Source: Candidatus Nanopelagicales bacterium
GTDB lineage: Bacteria > Actinomycetota > Actinomycetes > S36-B12 > UBA5976
Direction of reading: 5' to 3'
NCBI GenBank assembly: GCA_049421205.1
Contig: JBMSMQ010000001.1
Location: 22,892 to 86,891, forward strand
Length of the DNA stretch: 64,000 nt
Position numbers and translations under genes: made by a program. Of the stretch, positions 24,033-34,493 are shown piece by piece (the first letter of the stretch is position 1; the number at the start of each line of letters is the position of its first letter). The notes under the pieces are model-generated. The model was not told the DNA's origin. It was given only the letters and a program-made list of their open reading frames with translations, and searched no databases.

Positions 24033-24819
24033 AAAATACGCGGTACTTGGATATCCAATACATCATTCCAAGTCACCACTCTTACACAATGCTAGTTATC
24101 GCCATTTAGGGCTCGATGGTGACTATTCAAGTATCGAAGTTCGTCAGGGTGAACTCAGTTCATTTGTAGAGAAAAGTGGATCTGAATTTGAAGCATTCTC
24201 AATTACGATGCCACTTAAGGAGGAAGCTTTTGCTCTTGCAACTACCTGCGATGAATTGTCATCGAGTATCGGTGTGGCAAACACGCTGATACAGAAGAGT
24301 GGCGAGTGGATTGGGAGTAACACAGATATTTTGGGTTTTAAAGAAATTTTAACCCGCCATTTCTCTTCCAATCTCCAAAATCCAGTAATCCTAGGTTCAG
24401 GCTCGACGGCAAAGAGTGCATTAGTAGCACTTTCAAAACTCGGAGTTACGTCAATACGAATGATGGCACGAAATGTAACCAAGGTTGAACACATTGGCGG
24501 ACTATTTCCTACCCTACAAATTGCCTATTGTCCTTGGGGTGGAGAAATTCATGATGCCTCTATAGTTATCAGTGCAGTCCCTGAAGTTTCGGGTGTTTCG
24601 TTTTCAAGCAATGTTTCACAATTCCTAGATGTGACCTATAGTGAAAATCGCAAATACTTGATTGAATCAATAAAAGCCCCTCAATACAGTTACAGAGACG
24701 GTTTGAATCTTCTCGTGTATCAAGCAGCCCATCAGGTGCTACAGATGCGCTCAGTTGATGAAAGTTGCTACGAAGAAATAGTTCAGGTTATGTTTAAAGC
24801 CCTGGGCAAAGAGAACTAG
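24022..24819 (+). CDS. aroE: Shikimate dehydrogenase
   Basis: YAVLGYPIHHSKSPLLHN, NTDILGF. ATG 24022 overlaps the mltG end by 11 nt; the ORF track starts earlier at 23983. Confidence 0.87.
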   Translation: MSTKKYAVLGYPIHHSKSPLLHNASYRHLGLDGDYSSIEVRQGELSSFVEKSGSEFEAFSITMPLKEEAFALATTCDELSSSIGVANTLIQKSGEWIGSNTDILGFKEILTRHFSSNLQNPVILGSGSTAKSALVALSKLGVTSIRMMARNVTKVEHIGGLFPTLQIAYCPWGGEIHDASIVISAVPEVSGVSFSSNVSQFLDVTYSENRKYLIESIKAPQYSYRDGLNLLVYQAAHQVLQMRSVDESCYEEIVQVMFKALGKEN

Positions 24820-24857
24820 ACCCTTTCTTTTCGCTTACACGTTTCATATGATCAGAT

Positions 24858-25280
24858 GTGTTATTGGCGATAGGCGCATTTATTGCTGCACTATTTGCAG
24901 CCAGAGTTGACTCCTTCTATCGAGTTTTACCAAATCAATACACGATGTTCGTTCTGATACTGGGGATTTCAAATTGCATTGTGCTTCAAAATGCTCCTCA
25001 CACTACCTATGTCATATCAACGTTGTTTCATCTAGGTGTTGCAATGATTCTTCCTAGTGCCTTTGGAATGGGTGACGCAAAGCTGATCACTGGGTTAGGG
25101 CTTTTCTTCGCTGATGCAGGGGTGTATGTGGCATGGCTATCGATTTGTTACGGCACAGCGCTTTTGTGGGGAAAATTGCACAAAGCAAAAAGTATTGCAC
25201 TTGGCCCACACATAGTTTTGGCTTGGATTCTGTGTTATGTGGGAGACTATGCCTATGTATCGTTTCTTAACAGCCGGTGA
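24858..25280 (+). CDS. Small A24-family (prepilin peptidase-like) membrane protein
   Basis: 140 aa and polytopic. A first Asp context ([13 protein letters not shown]), a second Asp in GMGDAKL, and a C-terminal [10 protein letters not shown]. There is no N-terminal methyltransferase or Zn domain. GTG start. Confidence 0.62.
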   Translation: MLLAIGAFIAALFAARVDSFYRVLPNQYTMFVLILGISNCIVLQNAPHTTYVISTLFHLGVAMILPSAFGMGDAKLITGLGLFFADAGVYVAWLSICYGTALLWGKLHKAKSIALGPHIVLAWILCYVGDYAYVSFLNSR

Positions 25281-26427
25281 GTCGCATGGCCGGGCCCTTT
25301 CGGCGATCATTGAAGGTGTTCCTGCGGGGATTGAAGTTCCGAGCGATTACATCCGTAGTGAATTGGCAAGAAGACGCTTGGGATATGGCCGGGGTGCTCG
25401 AATGAAGTTCGAAGAAGATGTACTCCAGATACTCGGCGGCATTAGGCACGGGTTGACTATTGGTGGGCCAATTTCACTGGTGATCGAAAATTCTGAATGG
25501 CCCAAATGGGAACAAGTGATGAATCCCGAGCCAGTGGAGGAATCAGAATTAGCAGAACTTTCTCGTGCCAATCCACTCACACGTCCCCGACCTGGTCACG
25601 CCGACTTAGTAGGAATGCAGAAATACGGCTTCGATGATGCACGCCCTGTACTTGAACGAGCGAGTGCTCGAGAAACAGCTGCACGAGTTGCCGTTGGGGC
25701 AGTAGCAAAGCAATTGCTTCAACAAATAGCAGGTATCGATATTTTGAGCCATGTAGTTCGCATAGGGACAGTTGATGCCGAAAGTGATCTACCAAAAATT
25801 GAAAACCTATCAGCAATTGATGCTGATCCAGTTCGATGTTTTCAAAAGGCGACCAGCACACGAATGCAAGAAGAAATTTCTACCGCTCATAAAGACGGCG
25901 ATACGCTGGGCGGAATAGTGGAGGTGCTGGCCTACAACGTACCGATTGGGCTTGGTAGTTATGTTCATTGGGATCGCAAATTAGATGCGAGACTTGCATT
26001 TGCTTTAATGAGTATTCATGCTGTTAAGGCTGTTGAGATTGGTGATGGTTTTGAACTTACCAGAACTCGAGGTTCGAAAGCGCAGGACGAGATATATAGT
26101 GAAAACAATCAGCTCAAAAGAAAATCACAACATTCTGGTGGAACAGAAGGCGGTGTGAGTAATGGTGAAATTCTTCGAGTGCGTGCTGGAATGAAGCCAA
26201 TCTCCACCATTCCTAGGGCACTTGAAACTGTAGACGTAAGCACCGGCGAAGCAGCGAAAGCTATCAATCAACGTAGTGATGTGTGTGCAGTCCCTGCACT
26301 AGGCGTTATCGCAGAAGCTATGGTTGCCATCACACTCGCAGATGCACTTCTCGAAAAATTTGGTGGCGACAGTGTCGCGGAAACAAAAAGAAATCTTTTG
26401 AGCTTCAATGAGAATCTTCAATTCTGA
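25255..26427 (+). CDS. aroC: Chorismate synthase
   Basis: [25 protein letters not shown]. The start at ATG 25255 lies inside the preceding ORF's tail. Confidence 0.96.
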   Translation: MYRFLTAGESHGRALSAIIEGVPAGIEVPSDYIRSELARRRLGYGRGARMKFEEDVLQILGGIRHGLTIGGPISLVIENSEWPKWEQVMNPEPVEESELAELSRANPLTRPRPGHADLVGMQKYGFDDARPVLERASARETAARVAVGAVAKQLLQQIAGIDILSHVVRIGTVDAESDLPKIENLSAIDADPVRCFQKATSTRMQEEISTAHKDGDTLGGIVEVLAYNVPIGLGSYVHWDRKLDARLAFALMSIHAVKAVEIGDGFELTRTRGSKAQDEIYSENNQLKRKSQHSGGTEGGVSNGEILRVRAGMKPISTIPRALETVDVSTGEAAKAINQRSDVCAVPALGVIAEAMVAITLADALLEKFGGDSVAETKRNLLSFNENLQF

Positions 26428-26930
26428 TGTCTGAAACAAAAGTTCTCATAGGTGCGCCAGGTGCGGGTAAGAGCACAGTTGGACAACTTCTTGCCCAAGC
26501 ACTCGAATGTAGTTTCGTTGACTCGGATTCGGTGATTGAAAAAAATCTTGGTATGCCTATTAGCGAGATTTTCATTCAAGAATCTGAACAGTATTTTCGG
26601 AAAATTGAAAAGCAAGTAGTTCTTGATCTTCTTACAAACTTTACCGGCGTGTTATCACTTGGTGGAGGAAGCGTGCTTGATGAAGAGGTGCAACGGGAAT
26701 TGGCGAATCATCTCGTCATCTGGCTACAAGTGTCACTTGCTGATGCAGTGGAAAGGGTTGGGCTTAATCAATCTCGACCGCTTTTGCTGGGGAACGTGCG
26801 AAGCAATATGAAGAACTTGTTAACAGAAAGAAATCACATCTATCAAAATCTTGCGACCCATATTGTTGATGCCACGAATTCTCCACAAGCCATCGTTCGT
26901 TCAATTATTGAAAAGATTCAGGTGATTTGA
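26427..26930 (+). CDS. aroK: Shikimate kinase
   Basis: P-loop GAPGAGKSTVG and SLGGG. 1-nt overlap with aroC. Confidence 0.93.
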   Translation: MSETKVLIGAPGAGKSTVGQLLAQALECSFVDSDSVIEKNLGMPISEIFIQESEQYFRKIEKQVVLDLLTNFTGVLSLGGGSVLDEEVQRELANHLVIWLQVSLADAVERVGLNQSRPLLLGNVRSNMKNLLTERNHIYQNLATHIVDATNSPQAIVRSIIEKIQVI

Positions 26931-26931
26931 A

Positions 26932-27957
26932 GTGCGCAACACCGAGATACTTTTTGGGCCGATTAACGAGACTCTTGGAAAGTTTATAGAATCGCACGAG
27001 TGCCGATTTGTGATTATTTACGATGAAGCATTAGATCAATTTTCTGAAAAGATAATTCAGATACTCGGGAATAAATCGAAACGATATGTAAAGTATTCAC
27101 TTCCCTCCGGAGAACAAGCAAAAGATCCGGAGACTCTCAGAAATGTTTGGGAGTATCTTGGCGAACAAAACATCAATAGAACGGATATGGTGATTGCACT
27201 CGGTGGGGGAAGTGTGACGGATCTCGCGGGTTTCGTTGCTGCAACTTGGATGAGAGGAATTGCGTATATCAATATTCCCACCACACTTCTTGCAATGGTC
27301 GACGCGAGTGTTGGCGGGAAAACTGCAGTGAACACTTCCCATGGAAAAAATCTCGTCGGGTCATTTTATATGCCGGAGGCAGTATTGATTGATGCGGAAT
27401 TCCTTGGCACACTGCCATCGCAGGAAATCTCCAACGGATTAGCAGAAGTTGTCAAGTGCGGATTCATCAGGGATCCATATATATTGAAATTACTAGAAGC
27501 AACCCAATTTAATTTCGCTGAACTCATCGAGCGCGCTGTGAGCGTGAAGCTTGATTATGTTCAGAAAGACCCATTCGAACAGAAAACTGGTGTACGCGAG
27601 ATCCTTAATTACGGTCACACTCTCGGTCATGCGCTCGAAAAGGTATTGAAATATCAAATTAGTCATGGTCAAGCAATAGCAATTGGTATGCATTTTGCAG
27701 CCCAGTTGAGTCATACGCTCGGAAACGCAGATCAAGATCTCGTGGCCAGACATATCTCAGCACTTCAGGCAATTGGCTTAGAAACGTCGATTTCAGGTGT
27801 TTCATGGGAAGAAGTTTGGCCGTTTATGCAGCGAGACAAAAAGAACCTCAAAGGTAAAAGCAGATTCATCATTCTCAAGGATTTGGCAATTGCAGAGGTT
27901 CTAGAAGGTGTAGATGAATCGACTCTAAAGGAAACCTATGCAAAGGTGTGTCGATGA
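26932..27957 (+). CDS. aroB: 3-dehydroquinate synthase
   Basis: GGGSVTDLAGFVAATWMRGI, DASVGGKTAVN, LNYGHTLGHALE. GTG start. Confidence 0.94.
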   Translation: MRNTEILFGPINETLGKFIESHECRFVIIYDEALDQFSEKIIQILGNKSKRYVKYSLPSGEQAKDPETLRNVWEYLGEQNINRTDMVIALGGGSVTDLAGFVAATWMRGIAYINIPTTLLAMVDASVGGKTAVNTSHGKNLVGSFYMPEAVLIDAEFLGTLPSQEISNGLAEVVKCGFIRDPYILKLLEATQFNFAELIERAVSVKLDYVQKDPFEQKTGVREILNYGHTLGHALEKVLKYQISHGQAIAIGMHFAAQLSHTLGNADQDLVARHISALQAIGLETSISGVSWEEVWPFMQRDKKNLKGKSRFIILKDLAIAEVLEGVDESTLKETYAKVCR

Positions 27958-28391
27958 ATAAGAAAATCGTCATCATTAATGGTCCAAATCTAGGTCGCTT
28001 AGGGAAACGTCAGCCAGAGATCTATGGAAGCCAAACCATCAAAGATTTACACAACCATTGCCACGAGGTTGCTAAGGATTTAGGTGTCGAGGTTTCTACA
28101 TTTCAAACTGACTCACTCGATGAGGTAATCTCGTTTATAAAGCAGGCTGAATCAGAATCTGCCGATATTATTCTTAATGCGGGATCATTCACTCATTATT
28201 CGTACGAGTTAGCAAACATTGTCGCAGATCTTGCGGTCACCGTCATTGAGGTTCACATAAGTAACTTGTCGAAGCGTGAAGAATTTCGAAAAAAGAGCGT
28301 TTTAGCTCCAGTGGTGAAAGGCAGCATTGCAGGTTTTGGTTTTGATTCGTACACGCTGGCACTTACTTATCTTGCTAGAAAGTCCTTATGA
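27954..28391 (+). CDS. aroQ: Type II 3-dehydroquinate dehydratase
   Basis: IINGPNLGRLGKRQPEIYG, NAGSFTHYS, EVHISN. ATG 27954 forms ATGA with the aroB stop; the ORF track begins at GTG 27948. Confidence 0.94.
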   Translation: MNKKIVIINGPNLGRLGKRQPEIYGSQTIKDLHNHCHEVAKDLGVEVSTFQTDSLDEVISFIKQAESESADIILNAGSFTHYSYELANIVADLAVTVIEVHISNLSKREEFRKKSVLAPVVKGSIAGFGFDSYTLALTYLARKSL

Positions 28392-29443
28392 CACTATCCA
28401 ATGCAATCAAAGTGAGACATCACCTTGACGAACTCCGGATTGACTATTTCTTGGTGAGCAATCTGGTGAATATTCAATATTTGACTGGGCTTCAAAGTAC
28501 AAATGCTCTTTTGCTCGTCTCACCAGAGAAGATGTATGTATTCACAGATCCTCGTTATGAACATGAAAGTCAGCAGATCTCTGGATTCAACATCGAAATA
28601 GGTCGAGATCTCTTAGGTATGGCAATAAACCACCTAAAGGCAGATGGAAAATTGTGTGTTGATGAGACGCTTAGCTACCTTCAATTCAAAAGAATAAACG
28701 AAAAACTTCCTGAACTTCTGGTAGAAACACAAAGCAAACTCATAGAAACACTACGTTTGGTAAAAAGTGAATCTGAATTGAAATGTATTACACAGGCCTG
28801 TGCAATTACGTCAAATGTATGGGAAGCGCTCGTCAAAGAACCATTTATTGGCAAGTCTGAAATTCAAATTGCTCGACGTATTCAGAGTCTCATTCTTGAC
28901 TTTGGTGGTGATGGACTCGCCTTTGAATCAATCGTTGCCGCAGGGGCAAATTCTGCCTCACCGCATCACACTCCCGCCGATTATGTGATTCAATCTGGAG
29001 ATCTCATCAAATGTGATTTTGGTGCGAAATTTAGAAACTATCACTCAGATATGACCCGTATGGCCGTTGCAGGTGTTGCAAATCTATGGCAGCAGGAAAT
29101 CTTCGATATCGTATTGGAGGCTCAGAGCGCAGCTGTCGCAGCACTTCGTCCCGGGATTGCTTCATCTGATATCGATAGTGCAGCCAGGTCGGTCATTCGA
29201 GAAGCAGGTTATGCGGATGCTTTCACACATCCAACTGGGCATGGGATTGGTCTTGAAATTCATGAAATTCCGATTCACGGTTCACAAGACGCTACGCTTT
29301 GCCCAGCGATGACTCTCACCGTTGAACCAGGGATTTATCTGGAGGGAAGAGGTGGAGTACGGTTGGAAGACACGCTCGTCGTACTTGAAGAGGGAAGTCA
29401 GAATTTAACGATGGCAAGTAAAGCGCTTGCCCAAGTGGAGTAA
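28388..29443 (+). CDS. M24-family Xaa-Pro aminopeptidase/dipeptidase
   Basis: Pita-bread fold metal ligands ([34 protein letters not shown]). The position between aroQ and efp is conserved in actinobacteria. Confidence 0.88.
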   Translation: MTLSNAIKVRHHLDELRIDYFLVSNLVNIQYLTGLQSTNALLLVSPEKMYVFTDPRYEHESQQISGFNIEIGRDLLGMAINHLKADGKLCVDETLSYLQFKRINEKLPELLVETQSKLIETLRLVKSESELKCITQACAITSNVWEALVKEPFIGKSEIQIARRIQSLILDFGGDGLAFESIVAAGANSASPHHTPADYVIQSGDLIKCDFGAKFRNYHSDMTRMAVAGVANLWQQEIFDIVLEAQSAAVAALRPGIASSDIDSAARSVIREAGYADAFTHPTGHGIGLEIHEIPIHGSQDATLCPAMTLTVEPGIYLEGRGGVRLEDTLVVLEEGSQNLTMASKALAQVE

Positions 29444-29451
29444 GGATCCAA

Positions 29452-30015
29452 ATGGCAACTTCAAATGACCTCAAAAATGGCATGGTCTTAAACATTGATA
29501 ATGAGTTATGGGCCGTAGTTGAATTTCAACACGTTAAGCCAGGTAAAGGGCCAGCTTTCGTCCGCACCAAAATGAAACATGTCGTTAGCGGTAAAGTCGT
29601 GGAGAAAACATTCAATGCAGGTGTAAAAGTTGAGACTGCAAACGTAGACAAGAGAGAAATGCAGTATCTCTATAACGACGGAAGTGGCTTTGTCTTTATG
29701 GATACCGCCACCTATGATCAAATCACAATTGACCCAGTCATTGTCGGTGATGCTGTGAATTTCATGCTCGAAAACCAAGTTGCGATTGTGGCAATGCACG
29801 AGGGACTTCCTCTCTATGTTGAACTTCCCGCAAATGTTGAACTTCATATTGAGTACACAGAACCTGGGCTTCAGGGAGATCGTTCTTCTGGAGGTACTAA
29901 ACCTGCTCGACTTGAAACTGGATATGAAATTCAGGTGCCACTTTTCATTGAAAACGGAACTAAAGTGAAAGTTGACACTCGTGATGGTTCCTATCTAGGC
30001 AGAGTTAATAACTAG
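29452..30015 (+). CDS. efp: Elongation factor P
   Basis: [15 protein letters not shown], full-length 187 aa. Confidence 0.97.
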   Translation: MATSNDLKNGMVLNIDNELWAVVEFQHVKPGKGPAFVRTKMKHVVSGKVVEKTFNAGVKVETANVDKREMQYLYNDGSGFVFMDTATYDQITIDPVIVGDAVNFMLENQVAIVAMHEGLPLYVELPANVELHIEYTEPGLQGDRSSGGTKPARLETGYEIQVPLFIENGTKVKVDTRDGSYLGRVNN

Positions 30016-30425
30016 TGGGGTCACGTACCAAGAGTCGTAAGAAAGCTGCAGAAATTCTTTACGAAGCGGACATACGAGCAGATTCAATTCAAGAAACACT
30101 TCTGCGTGCACAAACCCATGGTTTTGCTCAATACAACGAATTTACGGTAGAGATTATTGAAGGTGTGCAATCACATTTGCAAATAATTGACGACATTATC
30201 AATACGTACTCTGAAGGTTGGAAGACTGAACGAATGCCAAGTCTTGACCGGGCTCTCGCCCGCATTGGAGTTTTTGAGCTCTTGTTTCGTGACGATATTC
30301 CTGACGAGGCCACAATTAGTGAAATCGTTTCGCTTGCTTCAGAGATGAGCACTGAACAATCGCCACAGTTTCTCAATGGATTGTTAGCGAAAATAGCATC
30401 AGTACGAAACAGAATCGTTCTCTAG
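30015..30425 (+). CDS. nusB: Transcription antitermination factor NusB
   Basis: RKKAAEILYEAD...ARIGVFELLF...NGLLAKI. GTG overlaps the efp TAG by 1 nt. Confidence 0.92.
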   Translation: MGSRTKSRKKAAEILYEADIRADSIQETLLRAQTHGFAQYNEFTVEIIEGVQSHLQIIDDIINTYSEGWKTERMPSLDRALARIGVFELLFRDDIPDEATISEIVSLASEMSTEQSPQFLNGLLAKIASVRNRIVL

Positions 30426-30507
30426 TGCCCTCGGGGGGAGTCGAACCCCCACTCCTTTCGGAAACGGATTTTGAGTCCGCCGCGTCTGCCGATTCCGCCA
30501 CAAGGGC
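30426..30507 (-). tRNA. tRNA-Leu (anticodon CAA), type II with a long variable arm; CCA not encoded
   Basis: The reverse complement folds by hand into a cloverleaf: acceptor GCCCTTG/CGAGGGC, D stem GCG/CGC, anticodon stem GCGGA/TCCGT, loop CTCAAAA, a 13-nt variable arm TTCCGAAAGGAGT, and T arm GGGGG-TTCGACT-CCCCC. 82 nt. Confidence 0.9.
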
Positions 30508-30572
30508 TGTGAGGACACAATTCTAGCCGTACGTCGATAAGTTATTGTGGGGGTAGTAAACAAAGGAAACCA

Positions 30573-31301
30573 GTGGTCGGTCTTGGAACCCTCATCAACA
30601 TCGTTGCAATTTTTGCGGGTGGCGCGATTGGCAGTGTCATCGGACATAGGTTTTCGCCTCAACTTCGAACTCTGACAACAGATGTGTTGGGGCTCATCAC
30701 TGCAGTAAGTGCAGCACTTTCTGTATCCGTGATCACGTCCTCAGTATTGCTCGATGACATTGGTACCACTTGGCCGATTTTTGTAACACTTTTCGCATTA
30801 CTGATTGGTGGATTTATAGGATCTTTATTGCGGATTGAAGAACGACTTGAATTACTTGGAGAGGCACTCAAATCGCGCCTAAGCAAGGGTGAAAACAACT
30901 TTGTGATTGGGTTTGTTACCGCATCGCTGGTTTTTTGCATCGGTCCACTTGCAATTTTGGGAGCATTCGATGACGCATTGGGACTTGGAATTGACAAACT
31001 CGTTTTGAAATCAACCTTGGATTTTTTCGCTGCAATCGCTTTCGCGGCAAGCTTTGGTTGGGGAGTAACTTTTTCTGCTATTTCGGTGGGAATCTATCAG
31101 GCAGTATTCACAGTCATTGGATTTGGTTTAGGAAATGTTTGGGATGAAGTCCAGGTTGCATCGCTAACTGTGGTTGGCGGATTACTTCTCTTTGGCATCT
31201 CTCTCAGACTTCTTAACATTCGTCAGATTGCCATCGGGAATTTGATACCAGCTTTATTTCTTGCACCATATGCGGTATTGATTGCACGTGCTTTTGTTTA
31301 G
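30573..31301 (+). CDS. DUF554 (YdfK/YqgA-like) membrane protein
   Basis: MVGLGTLINIVAIFAGGAIGSVIGHRF N-terminus and a polytopic hydrophobic profile. GTG start. Confidence 0.72.
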   Translation: MVGLGTLINIVAIFAGGAIGSVIGHRFSPQLRTLTTDVLGLITAVSAALSVSVITSSVLLDDIGTTWPIFVTLFALLIGGFIGSLLRIEERLELLGEALKSRLSKGENNFVIGFVTASLVFCIGPLAILGAFDDALGLGIDKLVLKSTLDFFAAIAFAASFGWGVTFSAISVGIYQAVFTVIGFGLGNVWDEVQVASLTVVGGLLLFGISLRLLNIRQIAIGNLIPALFLAPYAVLIARAFV

Positions 31302-31711
31302 GATTTAGCGCGAAGTGCACAAGTGAGACGGGAGACACACGTTAGATCTCCATTTTCATCGCGAATCTCGATTTGGTATACAGCAATAGTTTTTCCAAGT
31401 CGAAGCGGTGTCGCTGTGGCAGTCACTTTGCCACTCGTAGCACTTTTCATATGGGTAGCATTGATGTCAACGCCAACTGCAAATGCGTTCGGTTGCGCAT
31501 AGAGGTTAGCGGCCAAACTCCCTGCAGATTCGGCGAGCACTACGTTCGCGCCACCATGCAATAGTCCGAGTGGTTGGCGATTGCCTTCGACTGGCATTTC
31601 AAGTATTACCAGATTCGCCGATGCTTCTATCAACGTAATTCCCATAGATGTAGCGAGTTCACCAAGTCCTCGTTTTTTTGCTACCTCACCAATATCGGTT
31701 TCATTCGCCAT
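31298..31711 (-). CDS. PaaI/YbdB-type hotdog-fold thioesterase
   Basis: GLLHGGANVVLAESAGSLAA motif, 137 aa. Convergent 4-nt overlap with the DUF554 gene. Confidence 0.8.
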   Translation of the reverse strand: MANETDIGEVAKKRGLGELATSMGITLIEASANLVILEMPVEGNRQPLGLLHGGANVVLAESAGSLAANLYAQPNAFAVGVDINATHMKSATSGKVTATATPLRLGKTIAVYQIEIRDENGDLTCVSRLTCALRAKS

Positions 31712-31733
31712 AAGTAAACCTTAGGCTACGGGT

Positions 31734-34361
31734 GTGCCAAAACAAGAGAATGCCACCAAACGACTTTTACTCATCGATGGACACTCACTTGCTTACAGAG
31801 CCTTTTATGCGTTACCGGTTGAAAGTTTCGCTGCCCCTGATGGTACGCCTACGAACGCCCTTCACGGGTTTGTTTTGATGTTGACGCAAGTGGTAGAGAA
31901 TGAAAAACCTACCCATGTAGCGGTGGCGTTTGATCATTCTCGTCAGACATTCCGTTCAGAAAAATTTAGTGAATATAAAGCTCAACGATCTGCATCGCCA
32001 GAAGAATTTATAGTGCAATTACCATTATTGAAGGAGCTGCTTGAAAGTTGTGGAATTGAAACGTTTACCACACCAGGTTTCGAGGCAGATGACATCATTG
32101 CAACAATCGCGGAGGAAGCAATCTCCGAAGGATTTGACATAGACATTTTGACATCTGATAGAGATTGTTTTCAATTAGTCGGATCCAAGGTTACTGTGCT
32201 TTTTCCGCTGAAAGGAGTCAAAGATTTAGGCCGCTTTACTCCAGAAAGAGTTCTTGAGAAATACGGTGTCACCCCACTGCAATACCCAGAGTATGCAGCG
32301 CTTAGGGGAGATGTGAGCGACAATTTACCTTCAGTCCCAGGTGTTGGAGAAAAAACTGCTGCAGCCTGGATTAGCACATATGACACTATTGAAAACCTCT
32401 TGGAGCATCATTCAGACTTGAAAGGAAAGGTAGCACTATCCCTGCTTGAACACCAAGATCAAGTTCGACTTAATCTTGAATTAGGTTATCTCAGAAAAGA
32501 TGTACCACTTGAACTTAACTTCAATAATCTTGAGATTCAAACCGGAAATTCATTTCAGATGAAACAGATGTTTGATCGACTTGGATTTAAGCAAACACGA
32601 AGCAAACTCCTTTCATTGTTTGGATCTGGTGAACCTGAAACTCAGCCCGTGGATCTGGAACAAAAAATAGCTGAAATTAAGACAGGATCTTTAACGGAAA
32701 TCGATTCTTTTGCAGATAGTAAGCATGTATATATGCACATTCGTCTAGACGGAGAGCATCTTGAATATATTGCGATGTCTGATGGTGTCGATGCCTTTCT
32801 TTTTCTCGACGATACGTTGAACCAAGACAAAGTCTTGAAAACACTCACATCCTTGAACAATATTGTGATGTATGACGGTAAGCCATTGATGAAGTGGCTT
32901 TTAGGAAAGAACCTAGATTTCATCCCACATCGTGATTTACATTTAGTGTCATACATAGAAAATCCAGGCGCAAGAGTGCTTGAATTGAATGATGCTGTCA
33001 GGCTTTATTTGAATGTGGACTCGCCAACATTTACGAATGAGGGGCTTTTCCCAGATTACTCCAGTGAAGCATTGCACCTTCTGAATATCTTGATGCGGCT
33101 TGACCAGCATTTGCAAAAAGGCATTAGCGATAAAGATACTGAAATCCTTCAAAAAATTGATTTGCCGATATTGAAGATTCTCTCCGTAATGGAGCATCGA
33201 GGAATCCAAGTTGATCTTGCAGGTCTCCAAGATCTTGAACACACATTCGAAATGCGCATGTTGGAAGCATCTCAGGAAGCGGAAAAGCACGCTGGGAGAA
33301 GTTTTAATATTGCAAGCCCCAAACAGTTACAAGAAATTCTGTTCGGTGTGCGTAATCTGCCCAAGACGAAAAAAATCAAGACGGGATACACCACTGACGC
33401 GGAATCTTTGGCGCAGCTATTCGAACAGACCAAAGATCCTGTGGTTGAGCAGATTTTGAAATGGCGCGAGGTTTCAAAACTAAAACAAGTTTCATCATCG
33501 CTGATTCCACTTGCCGATATAAATGGTCGAATACATACCAATTTCAGTTCAACGACGACATCCACGGGCCGACTTTCGAGTTCTGACCCGAATCTTCAGA
33601 ACATTCCAATACGTAGCGCTGAGGGTAGATTGATACGTTCCTGTTTTATTGCAGGTGAATCATTTGACGGGCTACTGACGGCAGATTATTCACAAATTGA
33701 AATGCGCATTATGGCTCATTTAGCGGATGATCCGTTACTAATTACTGCTTTTGAAAGTGGTGAAGACCTGCACGCCAGTGTTGCTTCCGCCATATTTTCA
33801 GTAAAACCTTCTGAAGTAACTCAGGACATGCGTAGAAGAAGTAAAGCAATGTCGTATGGACTCGCTTACGGATTATCCGCATATGGGTTATCTCTACAGT
33901 TAGGAATTGATCCAAGCGAAGCAAGTGAGTTGATGGAGACGTATTTTTCCCGCTTCGACAAAGTGCGAGAATATTTGAAGATGGTTGTCGAAAAGGCACG
34001 TCAGGATGGGTATACCGAGACGATGTTCGGTCGCAGACGCTACTTACCAGATTTACTTTCAGATAATCGAGTTGTCAGGCAAGCAGCGGAACGAATGGCA
34101 CTAAACGCTCCAATTCAAGGAACTGCATCAGACATCATCAAGATTGCAATGATTAATCTGGAGTCACAATTAAAAGATTTAGGAACTAAATCCCGTTTAT
34201 TACTCCAAGTCCATGATGAACTTGTGTTGGAAGTTGTCGAGTCGGAACGCGAAGCCGTTGAGGATGCTGTTCGAACTGCAATGATGTCTGCAGTCCTATT
34301 GAAGATCCCACTGAGTGTTTCTGTTGGGTTCGGTAGAAATTGGGATGCGGCTGCCCATTAG
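31734..34361 (+). CDS. polA: DNA polymerase I
   Basis: 5'-nuclease LLLIDGHSLAYRAFYA; polymerase motifs DYSQIEMRIMAHLA, RRSKAMSYGLAYG and QVHDELVLE. GTG start. Confidence 0.96.
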   Translation: MPKQENATKRLLLIDGHSLAYRAFYALPVESFAAPDGTPTNALHGFVLMLTQVVENEKPTHVAVAFDHSRQTFRSEKFSEYKAQRSASPEEFIVQLPLLKELLESCGIETFTTPGFEADDIIATIAEEAISEGFDIDILTSDRDCFQLVGSKVTVLFPLKGVKDLGRFTPERVLEKYGVTPLQYPEYAALRGDVSDNLPSVPGVGEKTAAAWISTYDTIENLLEHHSDLKGKVALSLLEHQDQVRLNLELGYLRKDVPLELNFNNLEIQTGNSFQMKQMFDRLGFKQTRSKLLSLFGSGEPETQPVDLEQKIAEIKTGSLTEIDSFADSKHVYMHIRLDGEHLEYIAMSDGVDAFLFLDDTLNQDKVLKTLTSLNNIVMYDGKPLMKWLLGKNLDFIPHRDLHLVSYIENPGARVLELNDAVRLYLNVDSPTFTNEGLFPDYSSEALHLLNILMRLDQHLQKGISDKDTEILQKIDLPILKILSVMEHRGIQVDLAGLQDLEHTFEMRMLEASQEAEKHAGRSFNIASPKQLQEILFGVRNLPKTKKIKTGYTTDAESLAQLFEQTKDPVVEQILKWREVSKLKQVSSSLIPLADINGRIHTNFSSTTTSTGRLSSSDPNLQNIPIRSAEGRLIRSCFIAGESFDGLLTADYSQIEMRIMAHLADDPLLITAFESGEDLHASVASAIFSVKPSEVTQDMRRRSKAMSYGLAYGLSAYGLSLQLGIDPSEASELMETYFSRFDKVREYLKMVVEKARQDGYTETMFGRRRYLPDLLSDNRVVRQAAERMALNAPIQGTASDIIKIAMINLESQLKDLGTKSRLLLQVHDELVLEVVESEREAVEDAVRTAMMSAVLLKIPLSVSVGFGRNWDAAAH

Positions 34362-34493
34362 GCGGTTTTGAGCCTGAGTTCCCCATAGCCTAGACTTCGC
34401 CCGCTTCCTTCAGGAGCCCTTTGGGACATAGCTTTGGGCTTTTAACTGCAGGTAGCGTACCTACGAGACAATTACATTGAGGTCATTTTTCAT

